Shown here: piece after piece, positions 12,401 through 25,111 of the stretch
How the letters are laid out: every line of letters begins with the position of its first letter
Position numbering within the stretch: position 1 is the stretch's first letter
Source of the DNA: Raillietiella orientalis
Lineage: Eukaryota
Direction of reading: 5' to 3'
NCBI GenBank assembly: GCA_036172245.1
Contig: JAYWIR010000066.1
Span: 434,001-498,000, forward strand
Length of the DNA: 64,000 bases
Position numbers and translations under genes: made by a program
Notes under the pieces: model-generated
The model's input: the letters and a program-made list of their open reading frames with translations, nothing else
The model's database searches: none
Told to the model about the DNA's origin: nothing

Positions 12401-15400
12401 AAAGTACACTGAAGTGTATTCTGCCACAATAACCATGATGCCAACTCTGTTTGATGCAGAAGGTCAACTGGCTCTGAAATTCAATAGGTGAGTGCTACAT
12501 CTATTCTCAACAAACACAATCATGGATGTACTCTTTGCTGTTACAGGCATTAGTTCTATGTAATAGCTGTACAAACCAGAAGTTAAGCAGTGTAGCTTTG
12601 CTTCATATAAATGTGCTAAAGAGGCGATTTTTTCTGGAGGTACAAGAAATTTCTGCTTGCATTCCTCAATCATAGCTGCACTGAGCTTGATCATACTAAT
12701 TCGTTCTTTCCTCTCGAACTCTTTAGATGTTATGAATGTGCCTATATCAATATGCTTGAACTGACATGTAGGATGCAATCCTAAAAATGAATCCATATGA
12801 AGTCTTCATGGGTATAAAATTTGGGTGAACACAAAATGTATACCTTCTGGAATCATCCTAGGGTTAAAAGGATATAAACATCTCTGTAATTCCGATGAAT
12901 TGCTGATCATTTGCAAAATGTGCTTGGCATTGCTAACACTCTGATTGTAAATTTGCTCTTCTTTGCCTTCTGTTAAGAGGACCACAATTTTTCCCTTACG
13001 CTTTCTCCCTGTTCTTCCCATTCTTTGTATGAGTCGAATAGGGGAGCGATGTGAATCATAACAAACTATCAAGTCTATTTCTCCTATGTCAAGTCCTTCT
13101 TCTCCAACACAGGTTGATACCAATGTATTGTAGCCACCTTGACGGAATGCTTGCACAACCTTTGCAATATGCATTATAGCCAATTTTATTAGACTTTTGC
13201 CTTACCCTCATTTGTTCCTTCTGAGAAATTCCCTGTACGTTCTTTCCTGAAGAAGCCTGTCCCAAAAAACTCATAGCCTTAACAAGAGGATAATGTTTCT
13301 GCAGAAGTGATGTGATTTCCAACACACTCTCTCTATACTGTAAGGAAAATAGGACATATTACTAATGAACTCAGATTGCATATAGGTTGACTCTTGAGGT
13401 ACTCTTGTATATTTCTGACCTACAAATTATATGCTAAAAAAATCTTACCTGAGAAAAGATCATTACTCTGGTGGATCGTTTTTGGGAATCAACTTCATGA
13501 AAATGATTCAAAACTACCTCTTCTAATTTTTGGAGTTTCGGATGCTTCAATGACATATCAAACTAATGGAAACAATATAATGCTTGAAATAAATCTAGCA
13601 TTATTTGATTTAAAGTAAGGAACCTACTGCATCTCTTTCTTTTGCATTCTGTAAGTGAATAGAAGAATTTGTATCAGAATGAACAGCTGCAGATTCACAT
13701 TGACTATTATTAATCAGATTCCTAAGGTATTCTAAAAGGTCAAAAAGATTGCTGTTTTTTTTTAATTCTGTTTTGAAGCCAGCATTTGCATTACAATAAC
13801 CTGTAATGAAATTTGTTTTATTTTCTTACAATCTAAAAGTGACCACTAAAACATAAACTGCTGACTCACCATTCAAAAAATTATAAAAAGATCGCACTCC
13901 ATGCTGCAGAAGTAAATCCAGTCCATGATATAAAGATATGGCCAATGCAAAGCAATGCTCAATTAATCCAGTTTGGAAGTTAGGAATGAAATTTTTACGG
14001 AAAGTATTGCGGAACCTTAAAAGCTAAATAAAAGAAAGAAACAGCATTTAAAAACAAAATCAAATGGGGAAAAACCTGAAATTTGCTCATTGTTGTTTCA
14101 TCTTTTGTGAATATAACTTTCCAATTCTTTAATTTATGAATATATTCTTGAAGGATCTAAAAAAAGGTATACGTACTTCCATTCATAAAGTGAAAATACT
14201 AACATTATAGTATCTATTTCTAATGTCAATTAATACCCAATTAAGGCTAACAACAACAGTATCCACAGCACGATGATGTACAAATTCCTGAACATCAGGA
14301 GATTCTTCAGAACGAATTTCAATATGAGAGATATGCAAATTAGCAATTACCTACAAATGAAATTCAAAACTGTGAACACATGAAGAATTCAAACTGAATT
14401 TGATACTGCATTCAAATTGTAAATTACAATGCAAATCAATATAACTCAAACATATATGCCAAAGCATAGCTTCACAAAACCATACATATGACTATACATT
14501 TTAAACATATTAAAATCTGTTAGCTCAAAAATCACACAGACCACACAAGCATTAACTTCATAAATCACATGCTTTTGCTCAGCCAAGGTTCTTATTATAT
14601 TACATATATCTCATTACTTTAAAATCAAAGCATACCTTTTGAATGGTTTTTATATCACATCCAGGTGTTGCACTTAATGCTAATATCCGAAACTGATTTT
14701 TATTCCTCGAGAGCTCATTTATAACCTTTGTTTTGAAAAACAGAAAATTTTTATATAAGTAATTACTTTCAATGTTACACAATGAAAAACAATTAATCAT
14801 ATAAAAAACTAATTCATTACTTGACAAAAAGCATAATTTCCTAATGCTTTATGAGCTTCATCGACAACAATGCATTTCACATTTTCAGGAGCTACTGCCT
14901 TTCTTTGAAGATCATTGACCATCACTTGTGGTGTTAAAAAAATTACTCTTCTGGTGTTCCATAAGTTTGTTCTCAATAAAGGTTGCAATGAACCTTGTTT
15001 CGAAAAACACAAAAGTCAGTGAACTGAACAGAGCAGCATACCAGTTAATTCAACAATGTCTACATTGGAAAACCCCATTATGTTGAAGCATGCTTTTATT
15101 TGCTGAGCAACTAGTGGTTTTGAGGGTGCCATGAATATAACTTTGTGATTCGGAAACCACTGGTAATAATTAAACATTACCACAGCAGCAATAAAGGTCT
15201 TTCCTAACCCTATAGAATTTTTCTCTGGTGTATCGATTCACAGCAAAAACTTATACCTGTGGGTAAAACAACGAGAGTATTATGGAATAAAGCTGCTTCA
15301 GTTATCTTCAACTGGAAATCTCGTACTGGATAGTTCGTGGGGTATATCCAGGTTTTACCTTGACCTAAATCAAAACCATTTTCGTACCCTCTTAAATCAC

Positions 15401-15686
15401 TGTGGACTTTGCAGGTATCTTCTAAATGTTCTAGCCCCCTAAAAGCAACATTAATCTTTGCTGAACTCAACACTCTGCCGTCAACTAACTTGGTTTCTGG
15501 CAGAATTCTGTCACTTTTTTCAACAAGTTCCTCATCATCCTTGGATACTTGCTTAAAACTGGTCACACATATGTTACCTTGTTCTGGGTGAGTAGTTGAT
15601 ATGGTGCATTGCTCTTTCCTTGAATTCCAAAACTTATGTAAACTAACTTGCCTGGTACAACTTGACTGCATATGAGGATTTTTCAT
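9431..15686 (-). CDS. FANCM: Fanconi anemia group M DEAH helicase, multi-exon, C-terminally short (no ERCC4/HhH domain seen)
   Basis: Motifs [91 protein letters not shown]. Downstream FANCM-specific blocks SWLLWQ..VSHS and [12 protein letters not shown]. Terminal exon 9565-9431 reads DSFCVNN...ENSQ*. Confidence 0.9.
9710..10584. repeat. Two imperfect direct copies of a ~130 bp unit (9710-9839 and 10454-10584) in the last FANCM intron
   Basis: Both read ttgtgggaaggcatgaatga...gggaaaacaatc...cctcacagttggggtctctacatt...aactattcattatttgatgag.agactca.tga..tccaa, with scattered substitutions. Confidence 0.9.
10636..10691. repeat. Perfect inverted repeat, 26 bp arms and 4 nt loop
   Basis: gaaagaagacttttttttgttgaaat-ttcc-atttcaacaaaaaaaagtcttctttc. 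Confidence 0.95.
10871..11148. repeat. Long imperfect inverted repeat (foldback), ~115 bp of pairing, ~20 nt loop
   Basis: The left arm gaaaccagtgaacattctg...gagcaatgcttcctttgaaggc...ctagttactgaa is the reverse complement of the right arm ttcagtaactag...gccttcaaaggaagcattgctc...cagaatgttcactggtttc, apart from two bulges. Confidence 0.95.
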
Positions 15687-15689
15687 AAA

Positions 15690-16250
15690 CGAATTTCAAA
15701 AAACCGGTTTAAAAATCATTGGCTAGAAATCTTGTATTATATGGTTTGCAGGATAAATCGAGGTTTTAGCCTAAAGCACATCACGGCCACCTTCCGACAA
15801 TCTGCAATTAGCATGGAATTTATAGGCATCTCGTGCACCTTTCAATTTCGTCTCCACCGAAAGGCAACCACTTCAACTAAAAGTTTTTGTTAACAACCCA
15901 TTCGGAAATGAAACGAAACAAGCAGCCATCAAATCCAGTCCACTAAAAGGAGGAACGAAAACGGCAATTCTGCATGCAGCCCAGAAATCAGTTCGTCACA
16001 GTGGGAAAACCAACGAATAAAATGGTAACGTTTTTCTCGGTGGACATTCGACGTCAACGGGAACGTGCAATGCAACGGCCAGCTGTGTTTCCTCATTTCG
16101 TAAACAAACGCTTTCTTCTGAGGATTTCCACTTTCGTGGTGGAAGACGTCAAATGCCCTACGGCCTCCAGAGGAAGTTCTTGTCGAAGCAAGGAAAGTGT
16201 GAGAAGAAATGTAGCAAGGAGCAAAAGGTGAGGGGACTCAACACACTCGA
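15690..16250. promoter_or_regulatory. Putative CpG-rich promoter region of FANCM, possibly shared with the divergent PRDM10
   Basis: CpG density rises visibly just upstream of the FANCM ATG. The next gene is on the opposite strand. No TSS evidence. Confidence 0.35.
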
Positions 16251-17300
16251 TTTTTGAAACCTTTTAAAAGTTTCTTTCCTGCCTTTCGGTAATCTCGAAA
16301 GAAATCCTTCCTAATTCTCCAGTGCCCAATTTAGGAAATTGGGTCTAAAGAATGCTCTTCAGGATCACTGCCGTTACTCATTCCGCTCGTCCGGCAACTG
16401 AATTCGCAGCTCAAACTCTTCCTGTGAAAGGGACACTATGGTTGGCTGAAAACTCGAAGTCTTCTGCACTATCTTGGCATGAAACGCTGCAGAGTGAGCA
16501 TCTCCACAGATCTGCAAACTTCTTTGCATCGGGTTCCTATTTCGTGTGAGCCAGACCCTATCTTCCCACAAAAATCTCCTGCCGGAGTGCGGCGCTTCAT
16601 CTTTGCTGGCATCTCTTCCTAGCTGAAATCCTCATCCTCTCTAATGATCTCAAGTTCCATTCTCAGTGTATTTAAATGTTTCATACTTCGGCTCTGATGA
16701 CATCTGCTTCGGTCGCGGTGACCATAATGAGTCACACTTAAGGACGTGATGCACTTTTGTGAACGAAAATACAGAAACAAACTGATGGCCTTGCATAAAC
16801 TTAACACCTCCCCCCCCCCCTTGTTGCTTCGTCTTCATTGTATTCTCCTTTTCCTTACTTCAATAAAGATATTCTTCCTCCGATAAGAAAAGAAGCAATG
16901 ACATGTCATGAACCCATACGGCGTTAAAACTCTCTCAATTCACAAGCTGAGGCGAGACATATCGAAACAACTTAAAATCTTCGGAAAGAGGTCGTTTCTT
17001 AGGGTATGTCGATAGAATTCTGCAAGAGGAGAAGAGTGTACTTCGGCTTTCTTCGTCCCAAATTCACTGTGACATGGCAATATGTAGATCTGTTTACGGC
17101 AGCGTACATGCAATGCTTTTGGCACAATTTCCGAGGATACATGAAATTTTTTTTCAAATACTTTGCATATCTTCTGAGCTATTCATTATTGCATCATTCT
17201 CGTCTTCGCTGGGTAGATTTGTTTTTTCCATGTACTCGTAGTACACTTCCTTAATTCTCTTTTCGAAATAACTGGACTCTTGCAATGCTTACATAGTTCC
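16250..17300 (-). mobile_element. Highly decayed L1/Tx1-like LINE ORF2 fragment
   Basis: Minus-strand translations give KTKQQGGGG (GGLG-like) followed by LWRCSL...QD, resembling the W-R-S-x-L-P-P-x-x-Q-D block of the copies at 36830 and 40946. Many stops. Confidence 0.4.
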
Positions 17301-20300
17301 TGTAGAACTACAACTGCGTTTGAGTATCCTTTTATAAATACGTTATTTGTGATTGCGTTTGCAATGTTTATATGGAATTCAAATCAAAATTATTAATCAT
17401 GAAAAAGAGGAATTCATGTTATTATTTCATGGTGGTTATTTCCTGTATTAAAATTCTCGTCCGTTGCCACTCCTTTTTGTTCATTTTCTTATGTGACGCT
17501 CGTGACACTGATCACAAGAAAAGTGAAATTCAGGAGGGAATTCATCTTAATTGGTTTCACGAATTTTGGCAAATTCATTGCTTGATTTTTATGTTCCTAA
17601 TGGCCATGAGGGAATGGAAGATTTTCTATGTAATCCCAAGAGAAATGAAATGGATGGAAATGAAATCGATATTGAAAACACATAAAATTGTTTGTTTTTC
17701 AAAACTGGAAATGAAAATAATGAATTTGCACAATATCCAAAATACGCTCAAACATTCAGCTAAAATTTTACATGGAAAATCTTACTGTTTGCTGACAGGT
17801 GCTGAAAGGAATCTTTTAATCTATTTTGAATGCTAGTCATTAAAGTTCTCGTTTGTTTCCATGAAAATAAGAGAAAGCTTATGCTCCTTCAAGATTGCTT
17901 TTACAGATTGTGAACTGAGAAACAAGTAACGCTTTTTAACACTTCTATTTTTGAATTTATTTAATACAGGTATTGTACTTTTCCGAATATGCACATCATA
18001 GCACTGATTAGGAGGAGGTACGGCTATTATTCTTTCGATGTAGTGGTAATCGTGGTTTCATGTTAAAATCTCCTGTGATTATATTGTATGTGATATTTTT
18101 TATTTACAAATGTGATTGAATTTTCTTCCAAAATTGCGAAATCTAAAAAAGTAACATAATTAAGCTGGGTACAGCCATTTGTACTATTCGTACGCTTTTC
18201 CTTCCAAAAGGTCTGTTGGAAAGAAAGCGTATTTGTTGACCTTTTTTGGTATTTATAGTTAGTTAAACTCATATAGCTTGCATAAGAAAAAAAGATTGTT
18301 AGTGAGGTTCTTTTGAAATATCAGAGAAATGCTTTGCTTTGCAGTATTTTGTAAATAGAGAGCTTTTCTAACTGTAATAGTTAAGTATAACTTATGGTTA
18401 ATGAAGCTAAAAAAAAAATTGCTTCCTGCAACACTGTTGGGTTTATAAATCGATGTAGGAAATTTTAGTTTCAATATGATGATAAATCGTTCCAAACATA
18501 CATATCTGTGTAAAATTCGGCGGAATATTGCAAAGTGTGGTAGCATTAGTGTCGAATAAAGATGATTTAAAGAATTCAGCAAGCAATTTCTAACAGAACA
18601 TTCGTTTTAGTTTACCAGATTCAAACAATGTATATAAGCCCACATTTCGTTGGCTGAATATGTAAAGTTCAATAGAAAATTCAGATGAGCATAAGATATA
18701 GGATATGCATATGTCCATGTGAAAGAACATCAGATCTCCATAATTTTTTAATGTTCTAGCAGGTGTGCTTCAACTGAAATTGTAGCATTGTAAAGTTTGA
18801 ATTGCTGCAGTGTTTGCTCAAATGAATTTCAATTCATGCCATCAGTTCCTTCAGATGCAGTATTCAAAAATTAGGGGTTAATTCAATGAGGTAGTTCATA
18901 TGAATAAAAATAAATCGAACTCAAGTGCTAAACCTGAATTTGAAACAATGCAGAATTCTTAAATGTCACAACTGTGGAAAGTACTGTTAATGAATTGCTA
19001 TCCAAGTGACCAAGTGAAATTTTGAAAATGTATGAACATAGATTTTAATAATTACATTTTGTCAATAAAATCAAGACAACATAATCAGATAATGTCAAAA
19101 GTTATTAATGTGTCACAGTCACTGATTTTTCTGATGTACTCAAATAGCTTTAATTTATTTGTAACTATGATTTGTTATTTGTATGGATTTGCAATATGAA
19201 AAAAAACTTTTCCAAGTGTGTAACACAATGTAGCCTGGTTGTCACAAGTTCAGTGGAAGATGATAATTCCAAAGAACACAGTTATTTTGCAGGTGAATAT
19301 GATTCCAGGATTGAGGTATGAAAAGTTAATCTTTTTGAATTGCTCATTTATTTTAACAACTTTAAAATATACTTTTGAAAATATTGTAATTTGAGTCTGC
19401 TCATTGGAAATGTTTGTTGCAACATGCAGCATGCAATATAATTTGATATCCATTTTTATCAAGTGGAATCACTCTTTTTGGTCAAAATGTTAATCCACAT
19501 TAGAAATGGAAAGCTTCTTGACTTTTCTCAAAAGTGCACAAACTTTCATGTTTTGGTGTCTTTATAATTATGCTGTTGGTTTGATTCAGACTGTAAGTAA
19601 TAATATTCTGAAGGAAATCCTGTGTAAAAAGTTAAACACCGAAATTATAATGAGAAATCTGGAACTCGAAATTTTCAATGTCATTTTGAAAAGGCAGTTT
19701 GCGAATTTGGTGGTGCATAAAAATTCATTTTTCCTTTGTGCTGAAACATAAGTGCTGAAACAGTGCAGAAAAACCTTATAGATAATTTTAAGAAATCTTG
19801 AAGTGGAGCTCATTATGATACATATAGTGAGCTATTGTTCTGTTCTGATTGTTAAACCAATCATGTTGAATGCGTATTTAGTTTTTACTAATTATGTGAA
19901 ACATTATTTGCAGCTTATCATTGATTCATGTTGTGCTTTACTAAAGACGTTTTATGCTTCTGGTGATGAATAAACACTTAGGCATGTGTATTTAATACAT
20001 TATGCATACGCATGAAATATATTGGTTACAGGCAATTTGTATTGATAAAGTGTTACTGAAAAGCTAAAAGTCTGGTTTTGAATGATACTATCCATGGGTA
20101 TCCAAATGCTGCTGTGTTTTTGTTTTTTTCCTACATTTCTTTTTCCTATCATGGACAGTTGCTCATTGTTTTTAATTTTCAGTATCTGCGTGATACTGAA
20201 AATTAACATCTGCATGATGTTAATTAGTGTTTTCTTGATTACTGGTTTTCCAGTTTTAGATTAATTATTGTTAAATTTTAGAAACATGTTAGCAATGAAA

Positions 20301-23300
20301 TATTTCATGAATCAGTGCTATCATTTTAAAATACTTCCATATTATACTATGGAGTTCCGTCTAATTTTCAATAAATTTTGCTCACTGACAGAAAATCTGT
20401 ACCATAAGTTTGGCAATTTATAGCAATGTACCGATTATTGAAACTCAACTGTTAATATGCTGCTTCCTCCACTCATTCTCTGGTAGTGTTTGATTTCCAT
20501 ACAGTAGTTAGCCAATTGCATGAAAACTGACAATTCAATGATCAGATTTTGAAACAATCAGGACTTGAAAATTTATTCCCAAATAATGCCTCTAATATGT
20601 TTGTTATGCATCGATACTTTTTGCTATGTTTCTATTTAGGGAATTGGTAACTGGCTGTATTGATGTTTGTAATTTTGTAATTTTTGTAGTTTGAAAGTAA
20701 ATGGTTTCAGGGATTTTAGCCATTAATTAGATTAGCACTTTTATCATGGATAGAAACAAGAAATTGTATTGAGATAATTTCACATAGTTCCAGTAAGGGA
20801 TTTGTTTAGCACAGAGTATATGTAAAGTTTTGCATAAATGCGTATACATTGTGTATATATAGATGTGTGTGAATTTCACCAAAAAGTAGATGTGTTTTAA
20901 GAGGTAATTTCAGGTTTGGAATTTGAAAACCAAACTCCCAAACTTTATTTTTGATTTTTGGCTTTCGTAAATTCTAATTTATTTCTTCTTTGGTTATATG
21001 TGGATTTTTTGCCCACACTTCGTATTTTAGTGATGAAAGCGCACCACTTAATCTGTCTATTTCTTCAGAGCATTATCCAGCCATTATTGTTCCAGTATAT
21101 GTGTTCAGATTTTAAGCATTATACTTTTTTTTTGGTTTTTCACTGGCAAAATTGAATCTGTGCTGCCTTGAAGTGGTATGCAGCTCTGCTGATGCTGACT
21201 CAGGGCCCACATATAAAATACATGATAAAACCAATTTTCGCATTATGTTATGAAACGTTTGCAAATTAAAACTTTCATAAAAAAAATTTAACATCACTTG
21301 CAAATTGAAATTTCTTTGAAGCCTATTATAGTTGTATTTTAAATTAGCACACCACTTGGGTCTTGAGATTATAAAAGATTAATAAAAATGCGGTTTTCAA
21401 CATGCATTTTCTAAAAATGCAACTGTTTGGCATATTGTACAGTCTTCGAAATTTTTCTTTTTTTTTTTCCAATGTGGTGTAAGTTGCATGTGTTTGGTAA
21501 CCACATATTAATAGTACACGAAAAATGATTACATGTGATGTGCACAGTTCCATTTCACACTTTGACTGATGCAAATAATCAATTCTGCTTATATTGTCTG
21601 TTGTACCCAGTATTTAAATTACAAAATAGACCAATGTAAGTAAGATAATCTGTCATTTGCTATTTCATGGTGGTTCCAATGTGCTTGTTGTTTAGATGTG
21701 TTTTTTGGGTGGGTAAGGGGTATGTTTGAAACTTACCATCTCAAATGCCAGGGGAAGATAGAGTCCTCACTTTCTTGTTTTTTTTTATTAGTTATGTTTA
21801 TTTTGTATCACATGACAGGGTCCTTTTTAAATTGTTCTGAACTTTTTTTTCTAGAACTTGGAAGCTTGAATATTATTCCATTTATTAACTGAAAAGATTT
21901 TTTGATGATATTATTAGAACTAAACATGCTTTCATTTATTCTTTAATGTTTGCACAGAGGATTCAACCAGGTGAACACATTCTGCAGTTGATATTTTGTG
22001 TTTCATTTATGATCTCTTATCCCATTGAAAGAAAATTTGAGTAGCATTATATTCATGCATAATGTTTTCATATTTTCTTCGCAGTTCGAAAAATAAGATA
22101 TTTTCCTTTTTAGTTTCTGTTTATTTTGAACCTATCATATCTGCAAATTGGGATTTTCATGGTTACCAGTAAATAATGCTCATGAGGTATATATGTGGTG
22201 TGTGTTTCCTGCTGATGGCAGAAATTGTGCTACCTTTTTTCTGTTGTTGCATTTTATTGCATTGTGTTGTTGGATATTGGTGCAATAGACTATTTATTTT
22301 TTTAAATAATTTTTACACTTCAATAATATTAGAAATTCTGTGTACTTGAAAGCATAACTGGGTTAATGGTTTTACAATATGATTTACTCATTTTTTTAAT
22401 GGAACTATAAACTAGAAAATGAATCCACAAAGTAGTGTTCTTCAAACATGTAAACCATATATTATCTTCTGAGATTCTTGGCGAAATTTTTTAGTCTTTA
22501 GATTGAAGACAAATGTTCTTTAGACCTACTTTTTGTCGTTCATCTTTGTTGTTTTCATGCCATCACATGTTGCAATACATGTTCAGTGACAGTTTAAGTG
22601 TAATAGCAAACAGGACTCTTGCCTCAAGTGCAGATTCCAAAAGAAAAAGTTGTTGATCAATAAAACTCGGTTCATAATTGTAATCTACAATGATTATAAA
22701 TAAAGTTGATGAACAAGAGTAAAAAAGGATAGTGAGGAAAAATGCTTGTTTCTAGGGAGGTTTGAATTTCGAACTAATGAAAACAAAATAAGTTAATATC
22801 GACATAGATTTTAGTCCAAGTCTCTTTTCATTTCAAACTGCAGGTTTCTTAACTAAGCTATCACTAAAACAAGTGAAAAGAATTTAGCTTTTCATTGCAA
22901 GATTTGCATGCATTTGAAACTCATGTGGTGGTTGTGCCTGCAAGATATTAGTTGCCAGTATCTCCAGGAAGCTCTAACAGAATGCATTCTAATAATACTC
23001 AAATGTTTTCATCTGATAAGTCAAACGTTCGAGTCTTGGTATTTTTACAGTTCTCTTACAGCATTCCTCATAGTATTACTTCTGACACAATTATATGCAG
23101 ATATACTGCATTGAATGTAAGAAACCTTCCAAATTTTTAATGAATCAAGAATTTGCTTATTTGGTGTCTGATAATGCTGGAAATCAAATGAAAAAAAATA
23201 CTGCCTTAAAGAATGGAGACATACTTTCAAAGTTCTATCATGACTAAAGAATTTGGTGTAGCTTCATTCAGCAAAATGCATTTCAGATCATAGGAAGAAA

Positions 23301-25111
23301 GGCATTATGATTTCTTATTTCCGTGTATACTTCTTGATTTGGATGTTACAATGCAAAAATTGTGCAGAGAATACATGCCAGAATATGGTTAAACATTCCA
23401 AACTTATCAGAAGTTGTATCTTTTCACCATGGTAATTATCAAACACAAAATAAACTGTCTTTCCTTTTCATTCTTCATACATATCCCTTTTCCAAAATGT
23501 CATAGTTAAATTGAAGTTTCATCCATGGCATTTACAGATTTCATTTTATTAAAGGCTCAAACTAACTGTTAATTTGCCATTATACAAATAGATGAACAAG
23601 TGCTCATTTATGTGCCATTGGCAATGATTAAGATCTTTTTGTAATGTTCGTAGAAATGCACGTAAATGGCATTGCTAACAAGTAGATTTGGATTTCGTAC
23701 TTTATGAACGATTTATTATATATATTGGTTTTGTTAATGGATACTTGACATGTAAGTAGTGGGTGTAGGATGGTATTGAAATTACAGCATACATGTTCAT
23801 GAAATTTTACCTACTCCCTAAATTTTGCCTATTCATTTCATTTTGTGTAATGTTTTTGTCTTTGTTCATTTTATACTGGTGCATGAACTTTTCATAGTTA
23901 GGGGGTGCAGAAACTGTACTGTAACATGCGTATAAAAACCTCTGAAAGCGTATTTTGGAATAAATGTAAAAAAAAAATGACTCCAAGAAAAATGTTCACT
24001 TGTTACAGTATTTATGTATTCATTCAAAAAATCAAAAATTCATTTGATTCTGATTGGATAATTCTTATGTGTATTCAGCAGCAAATTCTTATTTTCTTGC
24101 TGGAACAGAGATGGGATGGATCACGTATTGTATGAGTTGTGTATTTTGGTATCATTTGACTAGGAAAGTTAGTATTATTGTTTCTATAAAGAATTGAGCC
24201 ATTTTCTACGCCATGTGTTCTTTCAGCTACTTAGCAAAATGCAATATGAGTTTATTGAACCTATTAGTCGATATCGCTGTTATAATTACATAGTAGCATT
24301 GATTAATATGTTTAATCCTTTAAAAATAGTTTTCCTTGTAAATTTCAATTTCTTCCATTCGGATTCATTGACAGAGTGGATTTTCTCATTAAATTCCATG
24401 TTTGACGTTAGATACTGGAATTTTCGGTTTATAAGGCCACTTGCAAAATGCCTGATGTTTTTTTTAGTTGCAAATGATATGCACATAACGAAATTCCTGC
24501 AGTCAAGCTAACTGATAATGATCATCAAGAAAAATCATTTGTATATTCAAGTATACATTCAAGTATATACAAGTATACATGGTGAAATCTTTCCCCGAAA
24601 GATTTTTGTTTCATCACGCATGTATGCTTGAATTACATTGTGAACATTGTTTTTTTATTAATGCAGACAATGGAATTATTTTTTTTCAAGAATACATACT
24701 CCCATGTAAGTGTATACTTAAATAAATTGAACAGTGGTGAACTGCTTTTAGCAGTAGCTATACAACACATTCGTGTATTTTTTGACAGGATCCTTCATAA
24801 AAAGTAAATGTGCTTTCTAAAAACCATTTTTCAAATTCTTTTCCACACAAACTTTTCAACAAGGCAACCTGGGCTGAAAGATACGTTGATTTTGTAAAAC
24901 TTTCAGTAGCCAACTCGCATCATCCCAACTAGATGCATCATTTTTGTTTGCTTAGAATGTGTAGAAAAGTATTTTCGAATAAAAGGAACCGTAAAACTCG
25001 ATTTTAGTTTTACTGTTTATCGATAAATCCTGATAGTCTTCGAGAAATTTTGGGAATATATTAGAGTTAAGTCGGTTTGAGCTTATGTTCTTATTCCTAG
25101 GATTTTTCCAG

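Noticed and set aside
17372..24511. Numerous 60-150 aa hydrophobic ORFs
   Set aside because: F/I/L/K-rich composition typical of random AT-rich DNA, with no motifs or consistent exon chain.
24536..24580. Short degenerate tandem repeat (caagtatac-like units)
   Set aside because: About four imperfect copies in AT-rich non-coding DNA; ordinary slippage.
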